Shown here: piece after piece, positions 48,071 to 61,185 of the stretch
Position numbering within the stretch: position 1 is the stretch's first letter
Layout of the letters: every line of letters begins with the position of its first letter
Assembly (NCBI GenBank): GCA_032718475.1
Contig: JAUCBJ010002777.1
Location: forward strand, 1-64,000
Reading direction: 5' to 3'
DNA length: 64,000 nucleotides
DNA from: Nemertoderma westbladi
Lineage: Eukaryota > Animalia > Xenacoelomorpha
Translations under genes and position numbers: made by a program
Notes under the pieces: generated by a model
The model's input: only the letters and a program-made list of their open reading frames with translations
The model's database searches: none
Told to the model about the DNA's origin: nothing

Positions 48071-48680
48071 AGAGAGAGAGTAAGAGGTAAAAGGGGTAAA
48101 TAGGATATAGATATTAGTTAGCAGTAAGTAGAGTCAGTAGCGAGAGGGGGGCATATGAGTACAGCTGGATAAATCGTGTGGCCACACGACGCATACTGCT
48201 GTACTGCATGGGCCCACAGAGTAGGCCAGAATATAGATCAGAGAATAGAATAAACCCATAGGCAGTAGTAGGTAGTAGGACAGTAGAATCAAAGCAAACA
48301 AACAAATAAATAGAATAGGGCTAAAAATCGTAAAATAGTGGCAACACAAGGGAAGTCATTCTAGAACATAATAAAAGTAACGGACGGAAATTGTAAATTA
48401 GGCTGATTTACTAGCTCCGAAATTAATTAGGTTAAATTTAGCTTGAAAGGCGCAATTAAGTAGAAAGTAGGCCATTATCGAACTGTACGAAACATCTTAA
48501 ATACTTCACTCATCTGTATTGCGCCTTGGTAAGGCACCACCCTGCAGGTGAGCGAGTGTAGTGTTCGGAATGGCGAGTAAGCTGATCAGGAAGAGAAAGG
48601 CGGAGTCAGGAGGAAAAGAAATATTGGTGGATTTCACCGAAAGACACCCGGAAGAGAAGACGAGAGGATACTAGAAGAGG

Positions 48681-51104
48681 TTGGAAAGGGGTCACGCGGC
48701 ACGAGCGCTGCAGGATCACTTCCGGGAGGCGCACGAACAGCGGCTGGTCGGGACCTACGGGACCCCGTCACTAGACAACGCGATCTTCCAACACTTCCAC
48801 TACGTGGTGAAAGGGGACGAGGCGAAGTTCGGGATTCCGAAGTATCCGAGGGAATCGCCGAGGAAGGACTGGAAAAGATTCATAGAGTCCGTCAACAGAG
48901 GAGGATATATGATCCTAGATGACGAGGGAACCGTGGAAGACGAAGCGGGTTCGAGACGAGGAACGGCAGGGTCGGCCAGGACCATACTCCTACATTTGGC
49001 CGCGCCAAATGGGGACATCTTCTTATTCGACCTAGGGACGTATGGGAAGAAGGACGGGCCGAAATTAGACCGATTGCCGAAAGCGGTACAAGTATTAGTA
49101 AGAGAGAAGTCGACGACGAAAGTGGGATCGGCGATTCGCGAGGATGCGGAGAGGATCATCGGTCCGGACGCCACCAACCTCCTGGATATGCAGAAAGTCT
49201 TTATGGCTATGACGGCACCGGATGGATTGGGGGTGGTCGAGAACACAGGCCAATGCGGGGCGGTGGCGATGGGCCAATTATTGGGGCTCGTATGCCACAA
49301 ACCAATGGATTGGGGGAAGTTTAGGGAAGAATACGGAGCAGAACTAGCGAACTCGCTGAAGTGGGGAGCGAGACCGGGAAAGCAGGAGGTATATCAGTTT
49401 CGCAGAGGTGCGATAAAGGTATATCAGAAGCGATATATCCTGCAGGAGGACTGGATGATGATAAGTTTGCTTAACTTATTCATGACCGTAGTTATCGAAA
49501 GGGAACCAGGGGCATTTCTGTTATCGGGATCACCCCTAAGCTACAGGAGAGCCTTTAAGACGGCCTTTGACGGTCTGGTAGACCACCCGGGGCTGAAGGG
49601 CGAGTCGGTGTACTACAACAGCCGACATCTGGTAGACGGGGAGACAGATACACCGTATCAGAGATGGGAGCAGCTAGAGGCGGACAGACGAGAAGCAAAG
49701 CGACTGGAAGAAGTCGCTAGACGGGAGAGGATAGAAGCAGAGGAGAGGGAAGAGGAGGCCAGGGCACAGAGTTACGGCTTCGAGGAACAGGCGGGCCTAG
49801 ACGAACTTCATTGGACTTCGTCAGGGAGTTCGGGGGAGTCTCTAGGGCGAGAATTGGGATGGACGGTGGGATCGCCGAAACAGTCGACGTCGGGGTTGCA
49901 AACGATGCCCATACCAGCGGGCGCCGAGGGCGACCAACCACCAAGGAAGTTAAGGGAGCTAGAGGGATGGAGAGCTACGGGCGAGAGCCAAGGCGGGAAG
50001 GGACATAGTGGATCCATCGGGATACCGGGATTGGAGACACTACCAGAAGAGGAGGACGACGACGACGAGTTCGGAGAGATGCCGCCCATCGAGAGGATAG
50101 GCCACTCGGACACGGACTGGGTTGGCGGAAGGGTGGTGACGGCCAGTGGGGCGAGGGCCTTCTGGAACAGATCCGGCAAGCGGACCTGGGTGCACGAGGA
50201 GCCGGCGATGGATTTCGCGGGGAGCACCATCAGGTTGGGCGAGCAACCGGGGACGGCACCACGGATAGTATTCGGGGAGACGATGCCCGAGAGGGGCGGA
50301 GAGATCGACGTAAACAGGGAGAGCAACGTAGAGAAGTTCGCCTACCAGCGACTCCATAGACCGCGGAGATCGCTTGGGACGAAAGACGAGGTGGGATGGG
50401 AGACATTGGTACTCGGCTGCGACTACTGTGGGAGACAGACCCATTGGGAAAGCGGCTGCCTATACCGGTTCCAAAAGGGAACCTTTTGTCTCTACTGCAG
50501 AGAACCAAGTCACAGGATGGGGGCGTGTCCACGGTTGCATAACCGATGTCCAAAGTGCCACTTTCGGGGACACTACGGGCGCGAGTGCGACTGGATGAGC
50601 GACGAGGAGAAGTTCACAAGATTCGAGGAGTGGGCCGACGTCGGGGCCATGACGCGCCAGCGCATGAAGGCCCAAGAGTTCAAGTGGGGTTTCTTCCTCA
50701 TAAACCAGGAGACCCACATGGAAATCATAAAGCGAAGGTTACCGTTTACCTATCAAGAGGTAGCAACGGCGGCGTCGTTCGCCGGAGTTATGAACACGCA
50801 ACGGTACCTGGACAGGTGGACACCAGAGAACCGGAGGGAGTTTAGGGATTTCTTGGCGGAACACGTACCAAAGGCAATGAAAATGATCCTATGGGACGCC
50901 ACACGAGGGAGACAACCAGGCCATTCTGAGGGGCCACCGGCGAAGCGGTATCGGGCATTAATAACACCAGCGCCCAAGGAGCCAACGACCGGGATCAGCA
51001 AGGAAGTGGCGGCGAAGGTCCGGAAGCAGAAAGCGGATGATGCCAGAGGAGCGGTGATAACCAAGAAACGGGCCAGGGAAGAGGACGTGAGGAGGAACAG
51101 ATAA
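48681..51104 (+). CDS. DEDDy/RNase D/WRN-like 3'-5' exonuclease fused to three CCHC zinc knuckles (extra ORF of the LTR element)
   Basis: ExoI ILDDEG; LLHLAAPNGDIFLFDL; LPKAVQVLVREKSTTKVGSAIREDAERI (ExoII); LLDMQ; QKRYILQED (ExoIII-like). Knuckles CDYCGRQTHWESGC, CLYCREPSHRMGAC and CPKCHFRGHYGREC. An in-frame ATG at 48570 is separated from the ORF by one TAG at 48672. Confidence 0.75.
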   Translation: MERGHAARALQDHFREAHEQRLVGTYGTPSLDNAIFQHFHYVVKGDEAKFGIPKYPRESPRKDWKRFIESVNRGGYMILDDEGTVEDEAGSRRGTAGSARTILLHLAAPNGDIFLFDLGTYGKKDGPKLDRLPKAVQVLVREKSTTKVGSAIREDAERIIGPDATNLLDMQKVFMAMTAPDGLGVVENTGQCGAVAMGQLLGLVCHKPMDWGKFREEYGAELANSLKWGARPGKQEVYQFRRGAIKVYQKRYILQEDWMMISLLNLFMTVVIEREPGAFLLSGSPLSYRRAFKTAFDGLVDHPGLKGESVYYNSRHLVDGETDTPYQRWEQLEADRREAKRLEEVARRERIEAEEREEEARAQSYGFEEQAGLDELHWTSSGSSGESLGRELGWTVGSPKQSTSGLQTMPIPAGAEGDQPPRKLRELEGWRATGESQGGKGHSGSIGIPGLETLPEEEDDDDEFGEMPPIERIGHSDTDWVGGRVVTASGARAFWNRSGKRTWVHEEPAMDFAGSTIRLGEQPGTAPRIVFGETMPERGGEIDVNRESNVEKFAYQRLHRPRRSLGTKDEVGWETLVLGCDYCGRQTHWESGCLYRFQKGTFCLYCREPSHRMGACPRLHNRCPKCHFRGHYGRECDWMSDEEKFTRFEEWADVGAMTRQRMKAQEFKWGFFLINQETHMEIIKRRLPFTYQEVATAASFAGVMNTQRYLDRWTPENRREFRDFLAEHVPKAMKMILWDATRGRQPGHSEGPPAKRYRALITPAPKEPTTGISKEVAAKVRKQKADDARGAVITKKRAREEDVRRNR

Positions 51105-51804
51105 GTTCCCAGAGACGAGGGAGTGAGACTGAGACTGGGACGTGGTGCGCCTGGAAGGCGCCGCATACAACGTACGAACCATTAAGTACAAATTTAATTA
51201 ATGCAAATAATCATATAAGTGCAATTTGTATGTACGTACGTAGTAATTAGCAGTAAAATACACGATCGGAGTAAGTACTATAGTCATACAACCTTTCTCA
51301 ACTAGCTAGTGGGACTGGGGGATAACTGACTATGGCACTATGGACGAGACGCCAGACAATTTCACACTTCTTGAGTGCGACGGCACGAGAGGGGGGGGAG
51401 ATTCGTCAGAAGGGAAGAGACAGTCGAAGTGAGGTTGAGGGACGGAATAATAGTGCGGAGTGCGGAGAGAGTGCCGATGCAATTCCAGTGTGGGGGGGAG
51501 AATAAGAGGCTGAGTAAGGGACGAGGAGGTCCGAATGTGAGAGAGTTAGGGTGAGAGTGAAGGTGAGATAGGGCGAAAATGTTGGGGAAACAAAAGTTGC
51601 GTGGGAGGTGAGCGCGATCGGCCCGACATGAGACGCCAGGCACACAGGGTAGCGTTATCATACCCATAGGGGGCGGCCTGGAAAGCCGGCTCCTAGAGAA
51701 AAGAATTCCACCCCACACCCGATACTAGATTGGGATCCAGCGGGATTGTAGCGCACTTTTAGGTTGATGCTATCTTCTTACCGGGAAGATAGCATGGGGG
51801 GGAG

Positions 51805-52345
51805 TGTTAGCTTATTCAATCCCGCCAACACCCCATAAAGTTATAAGCCGATAAGCAATATTGGGAGCCACGAGATTGGGCAATTAACCAACTCGTGCCA
51901 TCCCAATAAGAGTGGGAAGGAAGCACACAATAGAGGGTCAGGGGCCAAACCCCTAACCCAGAGAGAACAGGTGGAGTGAACGGGAATACTCCACGGGGCG
52001 CCAACAAGGGTATCAACCAATCAGAGGGGGGCAAGGCATCGATTGAGTAGCAATAAGGCCACCGTGCAATATAACCAATAACCTATTAATCAGTGATTCA
52101 GTTATCTCAGTGCAGCAGTGCTAGCGTAGGTTGGTAGTCAATTAGTTTAGTTAGGGGATCACGGGACTTTAGTTACCGTATCCCGCCTTGTACACATTAT
52201 ATCTATATCTATATCCTATGCCCTATTATTATTATACACCGAACTTCAGAACTCAGTTACTTTATTTCACCCTTATACACGGCGGGGACGCGTGGACTAA
52301 ATTACCACACCGGATAAATCGGGATCCCTCCTGGATCCCGTCACA
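51805..52345 (+). repeat. 3' LTR
   Basis: Same 541-bp sequence as 40566-41106, preceded by the PPT. Confidence 0.97.
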
Positions 52346-55300
52346 TCTAACCGCATCTCATGCCACGATGCCCGTTGCCACTTCTCAGTTGTTCTGGAAG
52401 ACTGGCTAAGAAGTTCCCTAAGGAACTAGTGTTGCCAACTAGTGTTGCCCCTGTAGAGGAGGTGGAAAATTTCCACCACAATCTACAAGCAGCTACTGAT
52501 GGAGTGGATCAGCAGCATGCATTCTTACCATTCCTGGGAGACTTTAATGCAAGTCTGCATCAATCACCTATATCGCCCTGGGCCTATAGCAATAGTGTTA
52601 ACCGAAATTCCATCCATCTTCAGGATTTTATCTCTGGAAATGGATTGTTTTCGGCTGGAACCCAGTTCAAGAAGCAAACTGGAACGCTATGGACTCATAG
52701 TGGACCCAGTGGTCACAAGTCCCAGATAGACCATATTCTATACATAGATAGACCATAGTCTATACAAGACTGTAATGCATTTACACTTCGACCCTTCTCC
52801 AGTGATCACCGCGTTATTGTGGCCAAGGTAAGACTTAGTCTGCGTGCTAGCAGAACAACGAAATCTGCCTTGCCGCGGCATGACTGGTCCTCTCTGTTCC
52901 AACAGCCAAGTGTGAGATCCCGCTTCACATTACAGCTGAGCAACAGGTATGAGGCTCTTGCCTCTGAGGCGGCAGATTACTGTGAGGGCTATACTGCCTT
53001 CACAGAAGCAGTTAAGTTAGCAGCTGCAGAAACAGTTCCTGTATACCCTCGAAACAGGAAAAGGGCCCCCTGGACTGACAACAAAATTCAGAAGTGCCGA
53101 AATTACCTATAAAAGGCGCAGAAAGAGTCGCGCTCAAACAGACTGCAGCGGCCAAGAATGCAGTTAAGGCTGCATCTAGGTCCCTGAACGGGCAGTACTC
53201 TGTTAATCTACAGGAGCTAATAAACCAACAGGTTGATGCCATCAATGATGCTGACGACAGCAGGCAATCATCCCAGGCATGGAAATCGATCAACTTGCTT
53301 ACTGGTCGGAAAAGCCAACCAACCACCAAGGTTAAGGCTGAATCACCTGCCGATCGCCTCAATGGTTGGAAGGCCCACTTTGAAAAGCTCCTCAATAATG
53401 ACAGGGTATTGCCTGATAACTTTATAGAAGTAAAAGTGTCTGAGTCTGTACTCCCAGATTTTCCCATTGGCGATGCCTCCTTTGCAGAAGGGAAGACTGC
53501 TGCAAAGAGAATTAAGACTAATCGTGCCAGTGGAGTAGATGGTGTTCCCCCTGAGGTCTTTAAAATACCTGAGTGTTTAGAGCTCATCTATCCCATCATA
53601 GTAGACACTGGCACTTAGTTTGGCACTTAGAAGGATAATTGAAGAGATATCAAAAAAGAAAGACAGGCATCTGGCTGTTATCTTTGTTGACTTCTTCAAG
53701 GCCTTTGATTCAGTCTCTCGCTCACGTATGTTCAGCATACTTTCATTATATGGGATTCCTGATGAAATTATTGCAGCAATCAGATCAGTATACGATGGTT
53801 CGACAACATTTGTGTCTACTGTTGATGGTGACACACTTCGAACGAGCTTCACACTAGAACAAAATTGCCTCCGCTTTGCAGGACATTGCTTTCGCCGTGA
53901 GCACCAGCCAGTGCATAATCTTGTAGTTTGGCAGGCTCATGGAGTGAATAAGCATGGTGGACAGCCCATGACTTTCTTGAGACGCATCTTAAAGGACACT
54001 GGCGTTGAAGATGCGGATGATCTAGCAAATGTCATGGGTGATAGGGAGTTGTGGCGGCGCAATTTTGTCGATAAGCCGGCACAGCATTCTTAAAAATGCA
54101 GCAGCAATGCAGCATGCCGATCCATCATCATATTCTTCCAATATTTATGATTTAATCACAATTAAAAAATATATATAACTTATCCAGCGTTAGTCATCAG
54201 AATTGCAACCCTGTTTAAACAGTTATTACTGCCTGACTTTTGAAGTGCGGTCAATTCCCCCTTCCCCCTTCGACATGTTTGATAAAGGTACAATACTACT
54301 AATATGCAACGTACCCAAATATCGCAACAAACAACAAACTATTATTATTAACTATTTGTTTTAGCAGCTAATTCGTCAATGAAATCATAAGTTTTGATTG
54401 ATTTGAAAACCAACTTGCCTAATTCTATATGATTAATCATTGTCAATGTATCAGTGCAATATATATAGGCCTAGACTTTATGCCTATGGTAACTAAATAC
54501 GGCCATCTGTTTCTACATTATACAGTAGCCAATTCTAAATGATATTTTTTATCTTTATCTCCCAGCAGTGCAGTGCTGGCCTGGCCTGGGTCCATTTCTC
54601 TTGAACTTCGAATTGATTTGATTTCACCTTTAGATTTCAAGTTTCAACTGAGTCCACCACACTGAATCTATACGAAACAAGAATCGTATTATTATCTTTA
54701 CCGGTTAAAAGATCGCAATACGAGCTATGAAACAATTAATACAGTACTACTACAGTATTATATTAACCATATAATATGGTGTATTGAAATATTCCCCCCA
54801 CCCACCCCCCTAAAAAAATAAAAAATGGACCCTCCCCCCACCCTCTCTCCGTAGCTTCTGCAGATATTTTTTCCAATAACCATTTATTACAGTCGCCAAT
54901 AAGCGACATTTACAATTAGACTGTTTATGTGGTGTCTGACTGTCGGTCGGTCTGTCTACCCATATAGTCCATAACACACTTTACTTTTACGTACATACAA
55001 TACATACAGTGTAATTTTGAAAAGGTATTATACGATTGCTACTATATGATATTTTTATTTCATTATTTAGCATTAAAACAATGTTTAATAAACCTATTTA
55101 AAGTATCCCCTTCTCCTTCCCCTTCTCCCCAGAAGTCTCTAAGTCATGATTTTAATATGATTTCGGAGATAGGGAGGAAACTGAACGCAAATCACATCTT
55201 AGGCGAATTAATCGTCTCAAGTTACAGTGGGACGTTATTTTAACCAAAACAATAAACTAAAGTCAATAGAACAGGATACAGTTTTAATTTTTCCGAGTAA

Positions 55301-55424
55301 TCAGCTGTTATTTGCGTTGATTTTCCACGGGAGAGGGATTAATTGTCATTGATTCGAAAGTCCCCCTTTCTGTAATTTCGACAGAAAAGTGATAACCTTG
55401 TAATCTTCTATTAACTGAATATGT

Positions 55425-58400
55425 TCCGTACAACTACATTCCTTATCATTTGACCCAGTTACACCGTACACCTACATTCCTTATCATTTGACCCAGTTAC
55501 ACCGTACAACTACATTCCTTATCATTTGACCCAGTTACACCGTACAACTACATTCCTTATCATTTGACCCAGTTACACCGTACACCTACATTCCTTATCA
55601 TTTGACCCAGTTACACCGTACAACTACATTCCTTATCATTTGACACAGTTACAACTACATTCCTTATCATTTGACCCAGTTACAACTACATTCCTTATCA
55701 TTTGACCCAGTTACACCGTACAACTACATTCCTTATCATTTGACCCAGTTACAACTACATTCCTTATCATTTGACACAGTTACAACTACATTCCTTATCA
55801 TTTGACCCAGTTACAACTACATTCCTTATCATTTGACCCAGTTACACCGTACAACTACATTCCTTATCATTTGACCCAGTTACAACTACATTCCTTATCA
55901 TTTGACACAGTTACAACTACATTCCTTATCATTTGACCCAGTTACAACTACATTCCTTATCATTTGACCCAGTTACACCGTACACCTACATTCCTTATCA
56001 TTTGACCCAGTTACACCGTACAACTACAGTACATTCCTTATAATTTGACCCAGTTACACCGTACAACTACATTCCTTATCATTTGACCCAGTTACACCGT
56101 ACAACTACATTCCTTATCATTTGACCCAGTTACACCGCACAACTACATTTCTTATCATTTGACACAGTTACACCGTACAACTACATTCCTTATCATTTGA
56201 CCCAGTTACAACTACATTCCTTATCATTTGACCCAGTTACAACTACATTCCTTATCATTTGACACAGTTACACCGTACAACTACATTCCTTATCATTTGA
56301 CACAGTTACACCGTACAACTACATTCCTTATCATTTGACCCAGTTACACCGTACAACTACATTCCTTATCATTTGACCCAGTTACAACTACATTCCTTAT
56401 TAATTGACACAGTTACAACTACATTCCTTATCATTTGACACAGTTACACCGTACAACTACATTCCTTATCATTTGACCCAGTTACACCGTACAACTACAT
56501 TCCTTATCATTTGACCCAGTTACAACTACATTCCTTATTAATTGACACAGTTACAACTACATTCCTTATCATTTGACACAGTTACACCGTACAACTACAT
56601 TCCTTATCATTTGACCCAGTTACAACTACATTCCTTATCATTTGACCCAGTTACAACTACATTCCTTATCATTTGACACAGTTACACCGTACAACTACAT
56701 TCCTTATCATTTGACCCAGTTACACCGTACAACTACATTCCTTATCATTTGACCCAGTTACAACTACATTCCTTATTAATTGACACAGTTACACCGTACA
56801 ACTACATTCCTTATCATTTGACCCAGTTACAACTACATTCCTTATCATTTGACCCAGTTACAACTACATTCCTTATCATTTGACACAGTTACACCGTACA
56901 ACTACATTCCTTATCATTTGACCCAGTTACACCGTACAACTACATTCCTTATCATTTGACCCAGTTACAACTACATTCCTTATTAATTGACACAGTTACA
57001 CCGTACAACTACATTCCTTATCATTTGACCCAGTTACAACTACATTTCTTATCATTTGACCCAGTTACAACTACATTCCTTATCATTTGACACAGTTACA
57101 CCCTACAACTACATTCCTTATCATTTGACACAGTTACACCGTACAACTACATTCCTTATCATTTGACCCAGTTACACCGTACAACTACATTCCTTATCAT
57201 TTGACCCAGTTACACCGTACAACTACATTCCTTATCATTTGACCCAGTTACAACTACATTCCTTATTAATTGACACAGTTACACCGTACAACTACATTCC
57301 TTATCATTTGACCCAGTTACAACTACATTCCTTATCATTTGACCCAGTTACAACTACATTCCTTATCATTTGACACAGTTACACCGTACAACTACATTCC
57401 TTATCATTTGACCCAGTTACACCGTACAACTACATTCCTTATCATTTGACCCAGTTACACCGTACAACTACATTCCTTATCATTTGACCCAGTTACACCG
57501 TACAACTACATTCCTTATCATTTGACACAGTTACACCGCACAACTACATTCCTTATCATTTGACCCAGTTACACCGTACAACTACATTCCTTATCATTTG
57601 ACCCAGTTACACCGTACAACTACATTCCTTATCATTTGACCCAGTTACACCGTACAACTACATTCCTTATCATTTGACCCAGTTACACCGTACAACTACA
57701 TTCCTTCTAATTTGACCCAGTTACACCGTACAACTACATTCCTTATCATTTGACCCAGTTACACCGTACAACTACATTCCTTATCATTTGACCCAGTTAC
57801 AACTACATTCCTTATTAATTGACACAGTTACACCGTACAACTACATTCCTTATCATTTGACCCAGTTACAACTACATTCCTTATCATTTGACCCAGTTAC
57901 AACTACATTCCTTATCATTTGACCCAGTTACACCGTACAACTACATTCCTTATCATTTGACCCAGTTACACCGTACAACTACATTCCTTATCATTTGACC
58001 CAGTTACAACTACATTCCTTATCATTTGACCCAGTTACAACTACATTCCTTATCATTTGACCCAGTTACAACTACATTCCTTATCATTTGACCCAGTTAC
58101 AACTACATTCCTTATCATTTGACCCAGTTACACGACAACTACATTCCTTATCATTTGACCCAGTTACACCGTACAACTACATTCCTTATCATTTGACCCA
58201 GTTACACCGTACAACTACATTCCTTATCATTTGACCCAGTTACACCGTACAACTACATTCCTTATCATTTGACCCAGTTACACCGTACAACTACATTCCT
58301 TATCATTTGACCCAGTTACACCGTACAACTACATTCCTTATCATTTGACCCAGTTACACCGTACAACTACATTCCTTATCATTTGACCCAGTTACACCGT

Positions 58401-59142
58401 ACAACTACATTCCTTATCATTTGACCCAGTTACACCGTACAACTACAATTCCTTATCATTTGACCCAGTTACACCGTACAACTACATTCCTTATCATTTG
58501 ACCCAGTTACAACTACATTCCTTATCATTTGACCCAGTTACAACTACATTCCTTATCATTTGACACAGTTACACCGTACAACTACATTCCTTATCATTTG
58601 ACCCAGTTACACCGTACAACTACATTCCTTATCATTTGACCCAGTTACAACTACATTCCTTATCATTTGACCCAGTTACACCGTACAACTACATTCCTTA
58701 TCATTTGACCCAGTTACACCGTACAACTACATTCCTTATCATTTGACCCAGTTACACCGTACAACTACATTCCTTATCATTTGACCCAGTTACACCGTAC
58801 AACTACATTCCTTATCATTTGACCCAGTTACACCGTACAACTACATTCCTTATCATTTGACCCAGTTACACCGTACAACTACATTCCTTATCATTTGACC
58901 CAGTTACACCGTACAACTACATTCCTTATCATTTGACCCAGTTACACCGTACAACTACATTCCTTATCATTTGACCCAGTTACACCGTACAACTACATTC
59001 CTTATCATTTGACCCAGTTACACCGTACAACTACATTCCTTATCATTTGACCCAGTTACACCGTACAACTACATTCCTTATCATTTGACCCAGTTACACC
59101 GTACAACTACATTCCTTATCATTTGACCCAGTTACACCGTAC
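55425..59142. repeat. Minisatellite, 38-bp unit TACAACTACATTCCTTATCATTTGACCCAGTTACACCG (31-bp variant)
   Basis: About 100 tandem units. Confidence 0.97.
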
Positions 59143-61185
59143 GGTATACAGACGTTTCGGCCTAGGACGTTTCGGCCCAGGACGTTTCGGCCCGGACGAT
59201 TCGGCCTGGACGTTTCAATGTAGAAGTTTCGGCTCATGGTTGACAATGAATGAAAAGACCAGGTACTTTAATCACAATAATTATTCATTAAAATTATTAT
59301 TATATTTATCACAATAAGCTACTGTATAACACAATAACATACGTCTATTTCATAATTAATAGAAATTCAAACACAATCATTATCATTCACAATTATAAAA
59401 ATAACAGTATACAATATAACCAATGAGATGTAATTCTTTTTATTCAGGAATAACATTTTTATCTGCCAGATTAAACCAAATGGCTTCCATGAAGTTTTGT
59501 ATGGAACGAGCGCCGGTTGCCCTTTGCTGAGTGATCGTTCGCAAACGCTTATGTAAAGCTTCGATCTTAACAAACTTCTTAACCCTATCCATACCGGGGG
59601 GGGACTTTTGGAGACGCACTTTATTTGATTGCTTGGTTCAAAGCCAATCCACATTTATTGCAAGTGAAATTCCGTTACTTTTCCTAAAATTTATTATCAG
59701 GTGGATCAGTTCCCACCGATAACTGTGCCAGTAACGTTTCGACTTCAGCTTGCTTGGCTTGTAGTGAACTCAGCAATTCAGAGAATGTGAAATTATCTTC
59801 GTAGATTTAGAAAATGGAGAGGAGGTTTGGTTCATAACATCCTGTCTAAATTGCGCAACCGAAATATCTGTCTCATCAGTGTGGCAGTCCTTCGAGTGGC
59901 CATTTAATTCTACTACTAGGACTACTAGGATCGGCATGCTGCATTGCAGCTGCATTTTTAAGAATGCTTATCGACAAACCGGCTTATCGACAAATTTGCA
60001 CCGCCACAACTCCCAATCACCCATGACATTTGCTAGATCATCCGCATCTTCAAGGCCAGTGTCCTTTAAGATGCATCTCAATTGCAAAGTCATGGGCTGT
60101 CCACAATGCTTATTCACTCCATGAGGCTGCCAAAGTACAAGATTATGCACTGGCTGGTCCTCACGGCGAAAGCAATGTCCTGCAAAGCGGAGGCGATTTC
60201 GTTCTAGTGTCAAGCTTGGGGGAACCAATGAGACACCTCCAATGTTATGTAGTGTCTGGTTGGAGATGTGTGCATTGTACTTGACACAATGAACCCGGCG
60301 TATCATTTTTGTGAATGTGCCATCCAGAGATTTGGTGTCCTCAGCAGTTAGAGCAAAGCATGGACTCCCATAGAGGAGTACTGGAACTACTGCTGCTCTA
60401 AATAATCGGACCTTAAGTTTCCGATTAATTCTCGTTGACTTCCAAATCCTGGAAAGCCTATTCAAGGCTGCCCATGCCTTTCCCTTACTTGCCTTTGCCC
60501 ATGCCTTTCCCATTTAATTCACTGGGGTCAGAATGATCAATTAAAGTTCTAGCAGATCCAAAACACTTTGGCCTATTCACACAGCGCCAAACGATCGAAG
60601 TTTCGTATTTAACCTTTATAATATACAACTTGTTGTTAAAATTAAGTTTGGCTTATTTCCTCTCAGTAAGGAAAGGTGATGATGATGACATAATTTAAAA
60701 TAGTTGAAGAACATAACAATTGAAGTTAAATAAAATAATTCAAAATAAAATATAAAATAATTGATTTAAAATTGCAACAATACAGTATCTTTCTATAGGA
60801 TGTTAATTAAAATAATCCATTAACTAAAAAAAAGTGATAGCGATTCTACACGTTGTGACTGTATGACCTCTTTATTATAAGGCCAATTAATAACATACAA
60901 GCCCATTTCTCCAACAGATACTATATTGCGCAGTATAATAGCGATTGGGGATCAAACAGTTTAATTAATTAAAATAATGAATGTGTGAGTTGAGTGTGAA
61001 TGACCTACTGTACATATTGCAAAGTGTAATAATTAATTACTGCAAGAATGCAAAACTCAATTTGATTTATTCATGGGATTGATTGACTCTTTGGGCCAAA
61101 ACGTCCGACAAGCAAATTGGATGTTCCAGTCATTGGGCCGAAACGTCCTAGGCCAAAACGTCTTAGACCGAAACGTCTGTTACCC
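59143..61185 (-). mobile_element. Mutator-like (MULE) DNA transposon, deleted derivative
   Basis: TIRs GGTATACAGACGTTTCGG / CCGAAACGTCTGTTACCC with subterminal GGACGTTTCGGCC repeats. 9-bp TSD ACACCGTAC (59134-59142, 61186-61194). Minus-strand remnant ...RLRTITQQRATGARSIQNFMEAIWFNL resembles a MULE transposase C-terminus. Confidence 0.78.
59915..60513 (-). mobile_element. RTE LINE 3' fragment nested in the MULE
   Basis: KGKAWAALNRLSRIWK...LLYGS...LRFAGHCFRRE... plus the tail shared with the other RTE copies. Confidence 0.9.

Larger units (their letters stand above)
40566..52345 (+). mobile_element. BEL/Pao-derived LTR element, non-autonomous (no RT), with an extra exonuclease ORF
   Basis: 541-bp TG...CA LTRs, TSD TCTAA (40561-40565, 52346-52350), PPT GGGGGGGAG before the 3' LTR, and BEL-type Gag/protease motifs. 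Confidence 0.93.
40116..54130 (+). mobile_element. RTE-clade LINE (5' part 40116-40565; body 52351-54130), decayed, internally deleted and interrupted by the BEL element
   Basis: Follows a (GGTCA)n run. APE motifs LGDFNA, SQIDHIL and SDHR; RT motifs ASGVDGVP and FVDFFKAFDSV. The deletion joins VDGDTLRTSF to TLEQNCLRFAGH. Tail gcagcaatgcagcatgccgatccatcatcat. The 5' boundary is approximate. Confidence 0.8.

Noticed and set aside
41134-51191. Numerous minus-strand and alternate-frame ORFs over the BEL ORFs
   Set aside because: Shadows of long purine/GC-rich coding frames; no recognisable motifs.
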